Virus record (IMG/VR): IMGVR_UViG_3300022752_002834
Location: 54,292-118,291 of that record
Origin: a virus
Direction: 5' to 3' (one strand)
Length of the DNA stretch: 64,000 bases
Shown: one piece after another, positions 48,105 through 56,128 of the stretch
How the letters are laid out: each line of letters begins with the position of its first letter
Numbering within the stretch: the first letter of the stretch is position 1
Program-made: the position numbers and the translations under genes
The notes under the pieces: model-generated
The model's input: the letters and a program-made list of their open reading frames with translations, nothing else
Databases searched by the model: none
Told to the model about the DNA's origin: nothing

Positions 48105-48566
48105 TCATACTTTATTCCTACAGTTATCGCACAAAGTAGTTATCCATCCAACTTTATTTGTTTTTCCAGCGTTGCCACAAACTTCACATATTTTATAAGA
48201 GTATTCTTCTGCCATACCAATAACGCCCTCTACATAATCATCGCCACCACTAAAATAAATACGAAGTCCACCATACTTTTCTTTAACTTGGTCAAACTTA
48301 ACAGGAAAATACTCTGGTTCATCACCTTCTATTTTGATACCAAAGTCTTGTTGAATATCTTTGTTTTGTTTGGCTAGATATTTTTTATGATCTTCGATAT
48401 TTTTTTCGTATTGAGATATTCTCCAGCAAACAGATGATAACAATTCATACCAGCCGTTATTGCACTCAATACCCCATGCCATACAACTGGCTTTTATTCC
48501 CTTATCTTTGTTAGAGAAAAGGTTTGGATACTTTTCGTACAGTTGATTTTGTAGTTCTTGATCCAT
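48105..48566 (-). CDS. Conserved phage hypothetical protein with zinc ribbon
   Basis: QVKEKYGGLRIY...CEVCG...GWITTLCDNC. Confidence 0.7.
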   Translation of the reverse strand: MDQELQNQLYEKYPNLFSNKDKGIKASCMAWGIECNNGWYELLSSVCWRISQYEKNIEDHKKYLAKQNKDIQQDFGIKIEGDEPEYFPVKFDQVKEKYGGLRIYFSGGDDYVEGVIGMAEEYSYKICEVCGNAGKTNKVGWITTLCDNCRNKV

Positions 48567-48573
48567 AGTCAGG

Positions 48574-49029
48574 TTATACCTTAATATCGGCAGCTGTCAA
48601 GTCACGCTTTAACATTTTTCCATCACGAACCACATAAATATCAACACGATTAATAGACGAACGAATATATTCTCGTCCACCATCAATCATGTTACCATTA
48701 TCGAAACTTTTATAATCGTGGTGGGATTGAGAATATTGAAGATTCCCGTCATCATCTTCTACCATGCCAAACGAGAAATCTTCTACCGCATCAGCGTTAA
48801 AGATAACGTATGAACCATCCTCGTAATTAACCGCAATGCCAAAATATCTATTATTAAATTCTGGATGTGGAGTTTCTCTATAAAAAATATCCACAGGACG
48901 ATCACTTATACTAAAATCTGTGGTACAAATATACCTAATAGGAACACCATCTTTATCAGAATAGTGCTTGATAACCTTATCGGTATTTGTAATTGGAAAG
49001 TGTTTAATCATTTGTAATATTTTGCACAA
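48574..49029 (-). CDS. Hypothetical phage protein
   Basis: YSQSHHDY...IDGGREYIR. Confidence 0.65.
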   Translation of the reverse strand: MCKILQMIKHFPITNTDKVIKHYSDKDGVPIRYICTTDFSISDRPVDIFYRETPHPEFNNRYFGIAVNYEDGSYVIFNADAVEDFSFGMVEDDDGNLQYSQSHHDYKSFDNGNMIDGGREYIRSSINRVDIYVVRDGKMLKRDLTAADIKV

Positions 49030-49271
49030 CGAATAAGAAAGTCTGGTAAGTTCTTAGAAATGATATAAGGAAGCTGTTCAAAATCATTTCCGGTAATTGC
49101 TCGTCCGATTGCTATTTCAAGAGCCATACGCTTTTCAAATCGATCATGCTTACTGCATAGCGAGTACCCAATATTATACCCATCTGCACTCTTAACCGCA
49201 ACTAGAACTCCGCGAGGAATCTTGTTCTTATCACGAACGTACTTAATAATAGTATACTGTGGAATGTTCAT
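49008..49271 (-). CDS. Small hypothetical protein
   Basis: GYSLCSKHDRF...IAIGRA motif. Confidence 0.6.
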   Translation of the reverse strand: MNIPQYTIIKYVRDKNKIPRGVLVAVKSADGYNIGYSLCSKHDRFEKRMALEIAIGRAITGNDFEQLPYIISKNLPDFLIRCAKYYK

Positions 49272-49468
49272 TCTTTTTCTGCGATTGTTCTTTGTATAAA
49301 ACCGGCCAATAACTCTAGATCACTTTCACTAAATCGTACCGAATAAGGCTCATTATCAAAAGTGTATATCTCAACCAAAAATGGTTTGTGTTTTAGATTA
49401 GGGTTGTGCTGAATACGCACCATACTATCATCAAGATATATTTCACTAGTCATTCTAGATTTTTCCAC
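49268..49468 (-). CDS. Hypothetical protein
   Basis: Small ORF. Confidence 0.5.
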   Translation of the reverse strand: MEKSRMTSEIYLDDSMVRIQHNPNLKHKPFLVEIYTFDNEPYSVRFSESDLELLAGFIQRTIAEKE

Positions 49469-49665
49469 ACAAACTCAGGCCCACCACTTTCATTCGCTTG
49501 ATAAGTGGCAACATTAAAAGATACTGCTTGTTGTCTCATATGTTTCACACCAAACGCCCAACCAATAAAAAAACAACCAACAAGACAAACAATAATACAA
49601 ATATTACAAATCCACGAATTATTACAATAGCACATGATTTTATTCCTTTTCTTTTTTAGGATCAT
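49450..49665 (-). CDS. Small membrane protein
   Basis: One TM helix. Confidence 0.45.
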   Translation of the reverse strand: MILKKKRNKIMCYCNNSWICNICIIVCLVGCFFIGWAFGVKHMRQQAVSFNVATYQANESGGPEFVWKNLE

Positions 49666-49943
49666 AAATAGTGGTACTTATTAAAATATAATTGTCATTA
49701 AAATGCTCTAAACCCCATTGTGACGCTTCTTCACCGCTATTAAATGAGCCAAAATATTTGGTTTTTTCTGACGCTTCCTCAGTAACTATTAGGATAAATT
49801 TCATTTGTTTTCCTCAATAGTTTCTTCTAAGAGATCAATAGCCGTTTCTAAAAATAAATCACAGGTTGCCCAATTAGCATCCTCTATAGTATTATCCCAA
49901 CTAACAATAAAGTTACGGATTTTTTCCTTGAGTTCGTTAGTCA

Positions 49944-50126
49944 TCATTTATTTTCCCCAATAGTCTCAAGAATAAAATCTACCAAATCCATTAGTTCATA
50001 TTCGTCTGTGAACACAACATGGTTCTTTGTTTCATCACTATTAGAAAGAATTAGAGTAGTATCCTTACCATTCTTCACAATGGATAAAATAAAATGTTGA
50101 CCGAAATATGATGTTTTAGTTTGCAC
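49944..50126 (-). CDS. Hypothetical protein
   Basis: GGAG RBS with a promoter upstream. Confidence 0.5.
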   Translation of the reverse strand: MQTKTSYFGQHFILSIVKNGKDTTLILSNSDETKNHVVFTDEYELMDLVDFILETIGENK

Positions 50127-50149
50127 TATTTTTCTCCAATGGTATTGTC

Positions 50150-50177
50150 AGTATAGCATAAAAGATCGTTATGTCAA
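50150..50177 (-). promoter_or_regulatory. sigma70-like promoter
   Basis: TTGACA-N16-TATACT with CGAT in the spacer. Confidence 0.65.
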
Positions 50178-50240
50178 GCGGAGGAAACAGGATTCGGGAT
50201 TGCAGAAATGACAAATCGAATCCTTTCGTGTATAAACCAG

Positions 50241-50326
50241 TATCCTGCTGGGGAATCGAACCCTAGTCATCCACCCACAATGTTTGTGACACAAGCTTAG
50301 AAGGCTCGTTGTGGTTACAGCAGGAC
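50241..50326 (-). tRNA. Atypical tRNA-Arg(TCT)-like RNA with truncated D arm and long variable region
   Basis: GTCCTGC/GCAGGAT-A acceptor stem, CGAGC-CT-TCT-AA-GCTTG anticodon arm, GGGTTCGATTCCC T arm; only 11 nt where the D arm should be. Confidence 0.65.
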
Positions 50327-50348
50327 TCATATTATCATAGGTGATAAA

Positions 50349-50867
50349 ATGGAAGTAAACTGTAAAAACTGCAATAAAGTATTCGATAAAAATATAACAC
50401 AAATTCGTAGAACTAACAATAACAATTTTTGTAGTAGAAGTTGCTCTGCAACATTTAATAACAAGAAATATAAAAGAGTTAACTTAAAACCTATGGAAAA
50501 AACAGTTAAAAAATATTCTAATTGTAAACGGTGCGGAATTGAGTTAGATTACAAAAAAAGGCGTATGTTGTGTAAAAATTGTAAGGATACGCAAGATAAA
50601 ACATTGGCTGAAATAGCTTATGATCAACATCATAAATCTTCCTGTTGGGCTTTGGTTAGATCACGGGCCAGATCAATAATGAAAGATAAGCCTAGAGTAT
50701 GTGTTAATTGTGGATATAATAAACATGTTGAGGTTGCTCATATCAAATCTATTAGTGAATTTGAATTAGACTGCCTTGTGTCAGAAGTAAACAATGAGAG
50801 TAATCTAGTTTTATTATGTCCCAATTGTCATTGGGAATTTGATCATAACTTAATTAGTATCAAGTAG
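50349..50867 (+). CDS. HNH endonuclease inserted antisense within the tRNA cluster
   Basis: Several CxxC knuckles (FCSRSC); CVNCG...VEVAHIK...NLVLLCPNCH. Confidence 0.88.
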   Translation: MEVNCKNCNKVFDKNITQIRRTNNNNFCSRSCSATFNNKKYKRVNLKPMEKTVKKYSNCKRCGIELDYKKRRMLCKNCKDTQDKTLAEIAYDQHHKSSCWALVRSRARSIMKDKPRVCVNCGYNKHVEVAHIKSISEFELDCLVSEVNNESNLVLLCPNCHWEFDHNLISIK

Positions 50868-50938
50868 GAGTAGTCGGATTCGAACCGACACTTGCAAAAT
50901 TTTAAGTTTTGTGACTCTTCCGGTTGGTCTATACTCCC
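50865..50938 (-). tRNA. tRNA-Leu(TAA) with short variable loop
   Basis: GGGAGTA/TACTCCT-A acceptor stem, CAAAA-CT-TAA-AA-TTTTG anticodon arm, GTCGGTTCGAATCCGAC T arm. Confidence 0.9.
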
Positions 50939-50951
50939 AACTACTTCAATC

Positions 50952-50980
50952 ATTCTACACTATCATCGTCTAGCTGTCAA
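50952..50980 (-). promoter_or_regulatory. sigma70-like promoter for the tRNA cluster
   Basis: TTGACA-N17-TAGAAT. Confidence 0.7.
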
Positions 50981-51387
50981 GCGTTCTTTAAACTTTCTGT
51001 GAGCCGTTTGAATTCTTCTTTATTTGAATATAATGGTAACACAGTAGTTTCGTCAACGTGTGGATTATGTTGCAATCTTAAATCATACAAGTCGCCACGA
51101 CTATTTATCCTAGCAAAAGCAACAGCATTGTTTAGACTTTCTTTTAACACAGCATTTTCTTCTGCTAGTTTAGCTCTATCTTGTTCTGCACTAAGCCATC
51201 TGGAACGATCTTCTCTTGCTATAATTCTTGTATTATAGTAAGAGGATAACAAACTATCAGCTTGCTCTCTCATTTTACGCAACTCGTCTTTCGCATTCAA
51301 TACATCAAATTCTGTTGGTAGAATTCCTTGTTGACAACAATTCAATACATGTTCCAATGGATTAGAAAATTTTAGTAGTTCACTCAT
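50977..51387 (-). CDS. Hypothetical coiled-coil protein
   Basis: ORF in operon. Confidence 0.55.
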   Translation of the reverse strand: MSELLKFSNPLEHVLNCCQQGILPTEFDVLNAKDELRKMREQADSLLSSYYNTRIIAREDRSRWLSAEQDRAKLAEENAVLKESLNNAVAFARINSRGDLYDLRLQHNPHVDETTVLPLYSNKEEFKRLTESLKNA

Positions 51388-51649
51388 GATTTTTTGGTAG
51401 ATATTTCCTAAATTTTACTGTGATATAAGTCCCAAGAAAAGCTCCAGACGCTAATGGTATAAGATACCATACGTTTTTTGAATAACTCAAAACACCAAAT
51501 GCAAGTAAGCTATATATAATAGCCGTACAGGTTGATGCTAACACAGCCTGACCACGACCTACTGATATTACATATGCTGCATATAAGCAATCTATTATCA
51601 TATAGACAAAAAATATAGTGATCGCTGTTATATAACTAAACTCATTCAT
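51380..51649 (-). CDS. Three-TM membrane protein
   Basis: Three hydrophobic helices ending GAFLGTYITV. Confidence 0.65.
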   Translation of the reverse strand: MNEFSYITAITIFFVYMIIDCLYAAYVISVGRGQAVLASTCTAIIYSLLAFGVLSYSKNVWYLIPLASGAFLGTYITVKFRKYLPKNHE

Positions 51650-52959
51650 ATTGTTCTTTTAGCTCCATGTATAATCTTGAGGGTTGGGAATCTTAGGCTA
51701 ATTCCACCGTCTTGGTTGTTGGTTTCTTCAAAATATTGTACTGTGATTATTTTACCAATAATATCATTAGGATTTCTATAGAAATATTGACGTTCGGCTA
51801 TAGTGAAACCGCTACCAACATCTACATTATATCCCTTGTGCTGTATCGTTACATTAGATAGCATTTCTTCTTCACATTCTTTACCATCTTTAACATATCG
51901 AAATGGACCAACTTTAATAGCAGTTACAGCGTATTCATCATCATAAAAACTCTTATACTTTAAAAGATCTTTTGATCGCTTTCCTTTGTATGGTTCATCT
52001 GCACGAAGAATAAGACCCTCCCATTTATTTGAAGTAAACCTTACGATCCACTCATTAAAATGGTCATCATTTTTAATCTTCTCTTGTTCTAATAGGCTAA
52101 GACACGGGCATGAATTAGCTTTCATAATCTCTTTAAGACTATTGTATCGAACAGAGTATGGACGATTATGCGATCCTTTCTTACTATAGAACTCGTCATG
52201 GGTCAATATATCAAACACCTTATAAGAAGGATTAGAAATAATATGGTCCTTCTTCTTAAGTTGCTTCATAATTCCTTGAAAGTCTTCATTACCTTCATCG
52301 TCTACCAAGCAAAGTTCGCCGTCCAAAACAACATTACGAAGATACGGAATGTTCTTGATTCCATCGGCAACTATTTGGAGTGTTTCAAATGGCTTTCCTG
52401 TGCGAGACACAAAGGTAGTATTACCTTGATCATCAACGATAGCGATGCACCTAGCACCATCAATCTTTCGACTAACATACCAACCATCCTTCCAATCTAC
52501 AAGTTTAGGCTCGTACTTATCTGCAAGAGCAACACTAAACTCTGGAATATGATCTGGAATAGCCTTGTTAATAATCTTGTCACCAGCACGGGTTTTCAAA
52601 TCTTTGTCGATAATACAATGTATAAGCTCCTCATATTCTGGATGATTATCAATAAAACTGTTCACAGCACCAATAGCGTCATGTCCAGTAATTGAACGAC
52701 TCTTTAGATCGTCCAGCAAATTAAATATATTATGATACTTTTGTCCACGCAACTGATTCTTTTTCTTTAGGTTGTCACTGGTAACATTGTATTGCCAAAG
52801 CGGATGATATGTATAGAGCAAAATCTTTTTAGTGAACGAAGCTCCAATATTATTGATGTTGCAATAGTCTTCAATAATCCCTTGCTTGTCAATAGTACTG
52901 CTAGTAGCCCTAAGATCGCGGACCATGCCCCAAACATAATCAAAATCGTGAGTCATCAA
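51646..52959 (-). CDS. ATP-dependent DNA ligase
   Basis: KIDGAR (motif I), LDGEL, VFDIL, EGLILR, LLKYK, GSGF, SLRFP. Confidence 0.95.
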   Translation of the reverse strand: MMTHDFDYVWGMVRDLRATSSTIDKQGIIEDYCNINNIGASFTKKILLYTYHPLWQYNVTSDNLKKKNQLRGQKYHNIFNLLDDLKSRSITGHDAIGAVNSFIDNHPEYEELIHCIIDKDLKTRAGDKIINKAIPDHIPEFSVALADKYEPKLVDWKDGWYVSRKIDGARCIAIVDDQGNTTFVSRTGKPFETLQIVADGIKNIPYLRNVVLDGELCLVDDEGNEDFQGIMKQLKKKDHIISNPSYKVFDILTHDEFYSKKGSHNRPYSVRYNSLKEIMKANSCPCLSLLEQEKIKNDDHFNEWIVRFTSNKWEGLILRADEPYKGKRSKDLLKYKSFYDDEYAVTAIKVGPFRYVKDGKECEEEMLSNVTIQHKGYNVDVGSGFTIAERQYFYRNPNDIIGKIITVQYFEETNNQDGGISLRFPTLKIIHGAKRTI

Positions 52960-52980
52960 ATATTCTCCTGTGTTTAGAGT

Positions 52981-53009
52981 ATTCTAACATACTCTAGTCC
53001 TAGTGTCAA
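52981..53009 (-). promoter_or_regulatory. sigma70-like promoter
   Basis: TTGACA-N17-TAGAAT. Confidence 0.65.
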
Positions 53010-53043
53010 GTATCGTCAGAGCGTTTTTGGAACTTTAGAAATT

Positions 53044-54288
53044 CTAGAAAAGTTCTTTGATTACCTTACCGCTATTAGCAATCTTCATAGGTCTTCCATT
53101 CTTAGAAGTAAATGTTGTCTCTAATGATATTCCTAAACTTCTCAAAACACTAGCCATTAAATCTTGTGAAGTGTAGGCTTCTCCAATCACTTGCTTACCA
53201 TCTTCGCTCGTTTGACCAATAGCAATACCTGTCTTAAAATCAGCACCACCAACAACAACACTCCAACTTCTGGCCCAATGATCACGACCAGCATTACCAT
53301 TAATATTTGGTGTGCGACCAAACTCTCCCATCCATATAATTGCTGTGTCTTGTAGTAGGCCGCGACTATCTAAGTCTTCGATTAATGCACTCATCGCCTT
53401 GTCCATTTCTGGAAACTTTTGGTTTTCTAACGTTGGAAAAATATTAGCATGGTTATCCCAACCGCCCAAGTCTACTTCTATAAACGGAACCCCTGCTTCT
53501 ACTAATCTTCGTGCCATTAAGCATCCACGACCAAATCCAGTATTACCATATCTTTCTCTTACTTCTGTTGGTTCTTTTGCAACTTTAAATGCTTCCATTT
53601 GTGGACTTGTCATAAGTTTTACTGTTTTGCTTAAAACCTTCATGTGATCACTAGCAAAGTCTCCACGTTTTTGTGATATAAACTGATCTTCGATAGACTT
53701 TAGCATTGTTAATCTTTGGTTCAGTCTATTTTGATCTATACCCATATTAAGATCACGAATATTTCCGTTGCTATCAACAACAAACGGGGCATAACTCATA
53801 CCAAGAAATCCCGGCCCAACGCTACCGCCTCCTACGCTCACAAAAGGTGGAATTTCTAATTCTGGAATTTGATCAATCAACTCATGGGATATAACACTAC
53901 CATAACTAGGATAATCTATGGTTGGGCTTGGAACATATCCAGTATGCATATAATATCGTCCGCGACCATGATCGGCCTCTCTAGTACTCATATTTCTTAT
54001 GATACTTAGCTTGTCCATGTTTTTAGCAAGCAAAGGTAAGTGTTCGCATATTTGAACACCATCAGCATTTGTGTCTATTGGCCTAAATGGACCGCCAGTA
54101 ACTCCACCAGATTTTAAATCCCAAATATCTATGGTGCTTGGGCCACCACTCATCCATAAAAGAATTGCACTTTTATGTCTCTTCTTTAAGTCAGAAGAAT
54201 TTGCGAGTATAGTATTGGTAAAATTTGTTGCTGGAATTGATAGTGCTGAAGTGGCAGCTAAATGTGATAAGAAATGTCTTCTATTCAT
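53044..54288 (-). CDS. DUF1501 family protein with Tat-like signal
   Basis: MNRRHFL; LWMSGGPSTIDIWDLK; CLMARRLVEAGVPFIEV; GWDNH; GEFGRTP; GRDHW. Confidence 0.92.
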   Translation of the reverse strand: MNRRHFLSHLAATSALSIPATNFTNTILANSSDLKKRHKSAILLWMSGGPSTIDIWDLKSGGVTGGPFRPIDTNADGVQICEHLPLLAKNMDKLSIIRNMSTREADHGRGRYYMHTGYVPSPTIDYPSYGSVISHELIDQIPELEIPPFVSVGGGSVGPGFLGMSYAPFVVDSNGNIRDLNMGIDQNRLNQRLTMLKSIEDQFISQKRGDFASDHMKVLSKTVKLMTSPQMEAFKVAKEPTEVRERYGNTGFGRGCLMARRLVEAGVPFIEVDLGGWDNHANIFPTLENQKFPEMDKAMSALIEDLDSRGLLQDTAIIWMGEFGRTPNINGNAGRDHWARSWSVVVGGADFKTGIAIGQTSEDGKQVIGEAYTSQDLMASVLRSLGISLETTFTSKNGRPMKIANSGKVIKELF

Positions 54289-54297
54289 GGAGTTCTC

Positions 54298-54504
54298 CTA
54301 ATTATTTAGTTTATATTCTTCTTGGTATTCTACCCAAATATCGCCAGAGATTTTATTGTATATAGTTTTTGCTAATCTACTGACGCTTTTTTCAACTCCA
54401 TTTATAGACGGATCATCTGATTTATACCATGAATAACAATCCTCATCCTTTGAGGATTCGTACCCATTAGATTTAGCCCATCTTTTTACTTCAGACCACA
54501 ACAT
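54298..54504 (-). CDS. Hypothetical protein
   Basis: Small ORF. Confidence 0.5.
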   Translation of the reverse strand: MLWSEVKRWAKSNGYESSKDEDCYSWYKSDDPSINGVEKSVSRLAKTIYNKISGDIWVEYQEEYKLNN

Positions 54505-54704
54505 TATTCTGGTTCATCTGTATCTAAGAACATTGATAACATTTCGCATTTAGATTTCCAATAATTCATCTCTAATGCTTTATCTAACAGTTGTTCCATC
54601 ACGACAGCGGCTTCATTTAAAAGATCTGATCTATCTATAGCCCTTGCTTGCTTAACTGAGCTTTTCAAGGACTTAATAAGATCACGTACTTCCTTTTCAT
54701 TCAT
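54504..54704 (-). CDS. Hypothetical protein
   Basis: Small ORF. Confidence 0.5.
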   Translation of the reverse strand: MNEKEVRDLIKSLKSSVKQARAIDRSDLLNEAAVVMEQLLDKALEMNYWKSKCEMLSMFLDTDEPE

Positions 54705-54927
54705 TTTCGTAGTCTAGTCCAGAGTATTGATCTAACTTATGAACCTGTATAAATACATCGAATAACTTTTTCAACTTGACTTCGGTTATTACAGCCAATC
54801 CATCTAAAGCACTAGCGATTTCGTCTTTACTCATACCTCCTTCAAGAATACCAAAAGAGATATCGTTAATATCATCAACTATATTATGTAGTTTGTTTAT
54901 TCTATCTTCCAAATCAAACCTGTCCAT
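54697..54927 (-). CDS. Hypothetical protein, paralogue of 45529..45786
   Basis: Shared motifs; GGAG RBS. Confidence 0.65.
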   Translation of the reverse strand: MDRFDLEDRINKLHNIVDDINDISFGILEGGMSKDEIASALDGLAVITEVKLKKLFDVFIQVHKLDQYSGLDYENE

Positions 54928-54938
54928 TTTAATCTCCT

Positions 54939-55280
54939 TTATGGATAAAATCTTGAAAATTCGCCCTGTATATCACTCACAAAATCAGATTTGCCAGTAT
55001 CATCTGGCCCAGTTTTAAATTCTTGTGGTACTTCCTTGTAAACGCCTTTTTGCTTTGCTTCATCCCAATCAAAATGGCCGTGTCTCGACCAGTAAAGATA
55101 CTTGAATCCGTTATATTCTTTTGTTTCTTGCAAAAGTTTTTCCATCATTATGCAAAGTTTTTGCTTGGTGGATTGAGGTATCTTTGTTTGAAGCATATCG
55201 TTAAGACTATTCTTAACGTGATCTAAAAAATCAATCGATACTTGTTTCCTCAGTTTTGGTTTCATTTTTAACTTCCTCAT
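54939..55280 (-). CDS. Hypothetical protein
   Basis: ORF. Confidence 0.55.
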   Translation of the reverse strand: MRKLKMKPKLRKQVSIDFLDHVKNSLNDMLQTKIPQSTKQKLCIMMEKLLQETKEYNGFKYLYWSRHGHFDWDEAKQKGVYKEVPQEFKTGPDDTGKSDFVSDIQGEFSRFYP

Positions 55281-55539
55281 GATTTATAGACAGATAAGGA
55301 ACCCATCCTTCATCTTCGCCATCAACACCTTCGTTTATTAAAAGTTCTGTGATATCGATATTATATTCAGAACCATCAGAATAATCATACAACTTTACTT
55401 GAGAATCTAGATAAGATTTATCCATCTTAGATATAAACTTTTTAAGTTCTTGCCAAGTCATCATTTGTTCTCCGGGTGAAGTGTTCATTCTACTGTATCG
55501 ACTCGCTTGAGTCAACACTTGAATCTTGTTTTTCAACAA
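55231..55539 (-). CDS. Hypothetical protein
   Basis: Likely starts at the internal MMTWQELK, after a promoter at about 55487-55515. Confidence 0.5.
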   Translation of the reverse strand: MLKNKIQVLTQASRYSRMNTSPGEQMMTWQELKKFISKMDKSYLDSQVKLYDYSDGSEYNIDITELLINEGVDGEDEGWVPYLSINHEEVKNETKTEETSID

Positions 55540-55789
55540 GGTTTAGTCTATTTTTTTCATTAGCATATCTATTGGGATCTGCGATCTTTGTATTGATTCT
55601 ATCTTTAGTTGTAATATAGAACCCCTTGTCATCCTTGCAGACCACTTGATTGTCTTTTAGAACAATTGCGGGATCTGAGGTATAATTTCCTATATCAACA
55701 ATCATATCGGATGTGCTACCATATGCTGTCTTGGTTGTAATAATAGTGCCAGTTTCATGCGAACGTGGCTTGTATATCTTTTTTGCCAT
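55490..55789 (-). CDS. Hypothetical protein
   Basis: ORF with RBS. Confidence 0.55.
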   Translation of the reverse strand: MAKKIYKPRSHETGTIITTKTAYGSTSDMIVDIGNYTSDPAIVLKDNQVVCKDDKGFYITTKDRINTKIADPNRYANEKNRLNLVEKQDSSVDSSESIQ

Positions 55790-55798
55790 TTGTTTTCC

Positions 55799-56128
55799 TT
55801 ATTTAGATTGAAATATCATACAATTTTCTTCACTATCCCATGTAACTTCTAGTTTATCCGCAGAAGCCATTTTTGCAAGCTGAATTCCTAAAACCCAATT
55901 TTTGATTTCTGTAAATATCTTTTGCAATATCATAGTATTCATCAAATATTGGTCATCTTGGCGAATGCAATATTGTTTTATAATTGAAGAAACCTCTTTG
56001 GGTTTAATATAGCTACTCATTTCTTCGATAGGAATAAGCATTTCCTTTGCAACATCTTTACCAATATGTTTTGCTATCTTTTTTATGCTCTTTACCTTGA
56101 CCATCTTTTCATCATTCATATCTGACAT
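55799..56128 (-). CDS. Hypothetical protein
   Basis: ORF with RBS. Confidence 0.55.
   Translation of the reverse strand: MSDMNDEKMVKVKSIKKIAKHIGKDVAKEMLIPIEEMSSYIKPKEVSSIIKQYCIRQDDQYLMNTMILQKIFTEIKNWVLGIQLAKMASADKLEVTWDSEENCMIFQSK

Noticed and set aside
50169-50402. 77-aa minus-strand ORF
   Set aside because: Overlaps the tRNA-Arg-like RNA and the HNH start; no coding signals.
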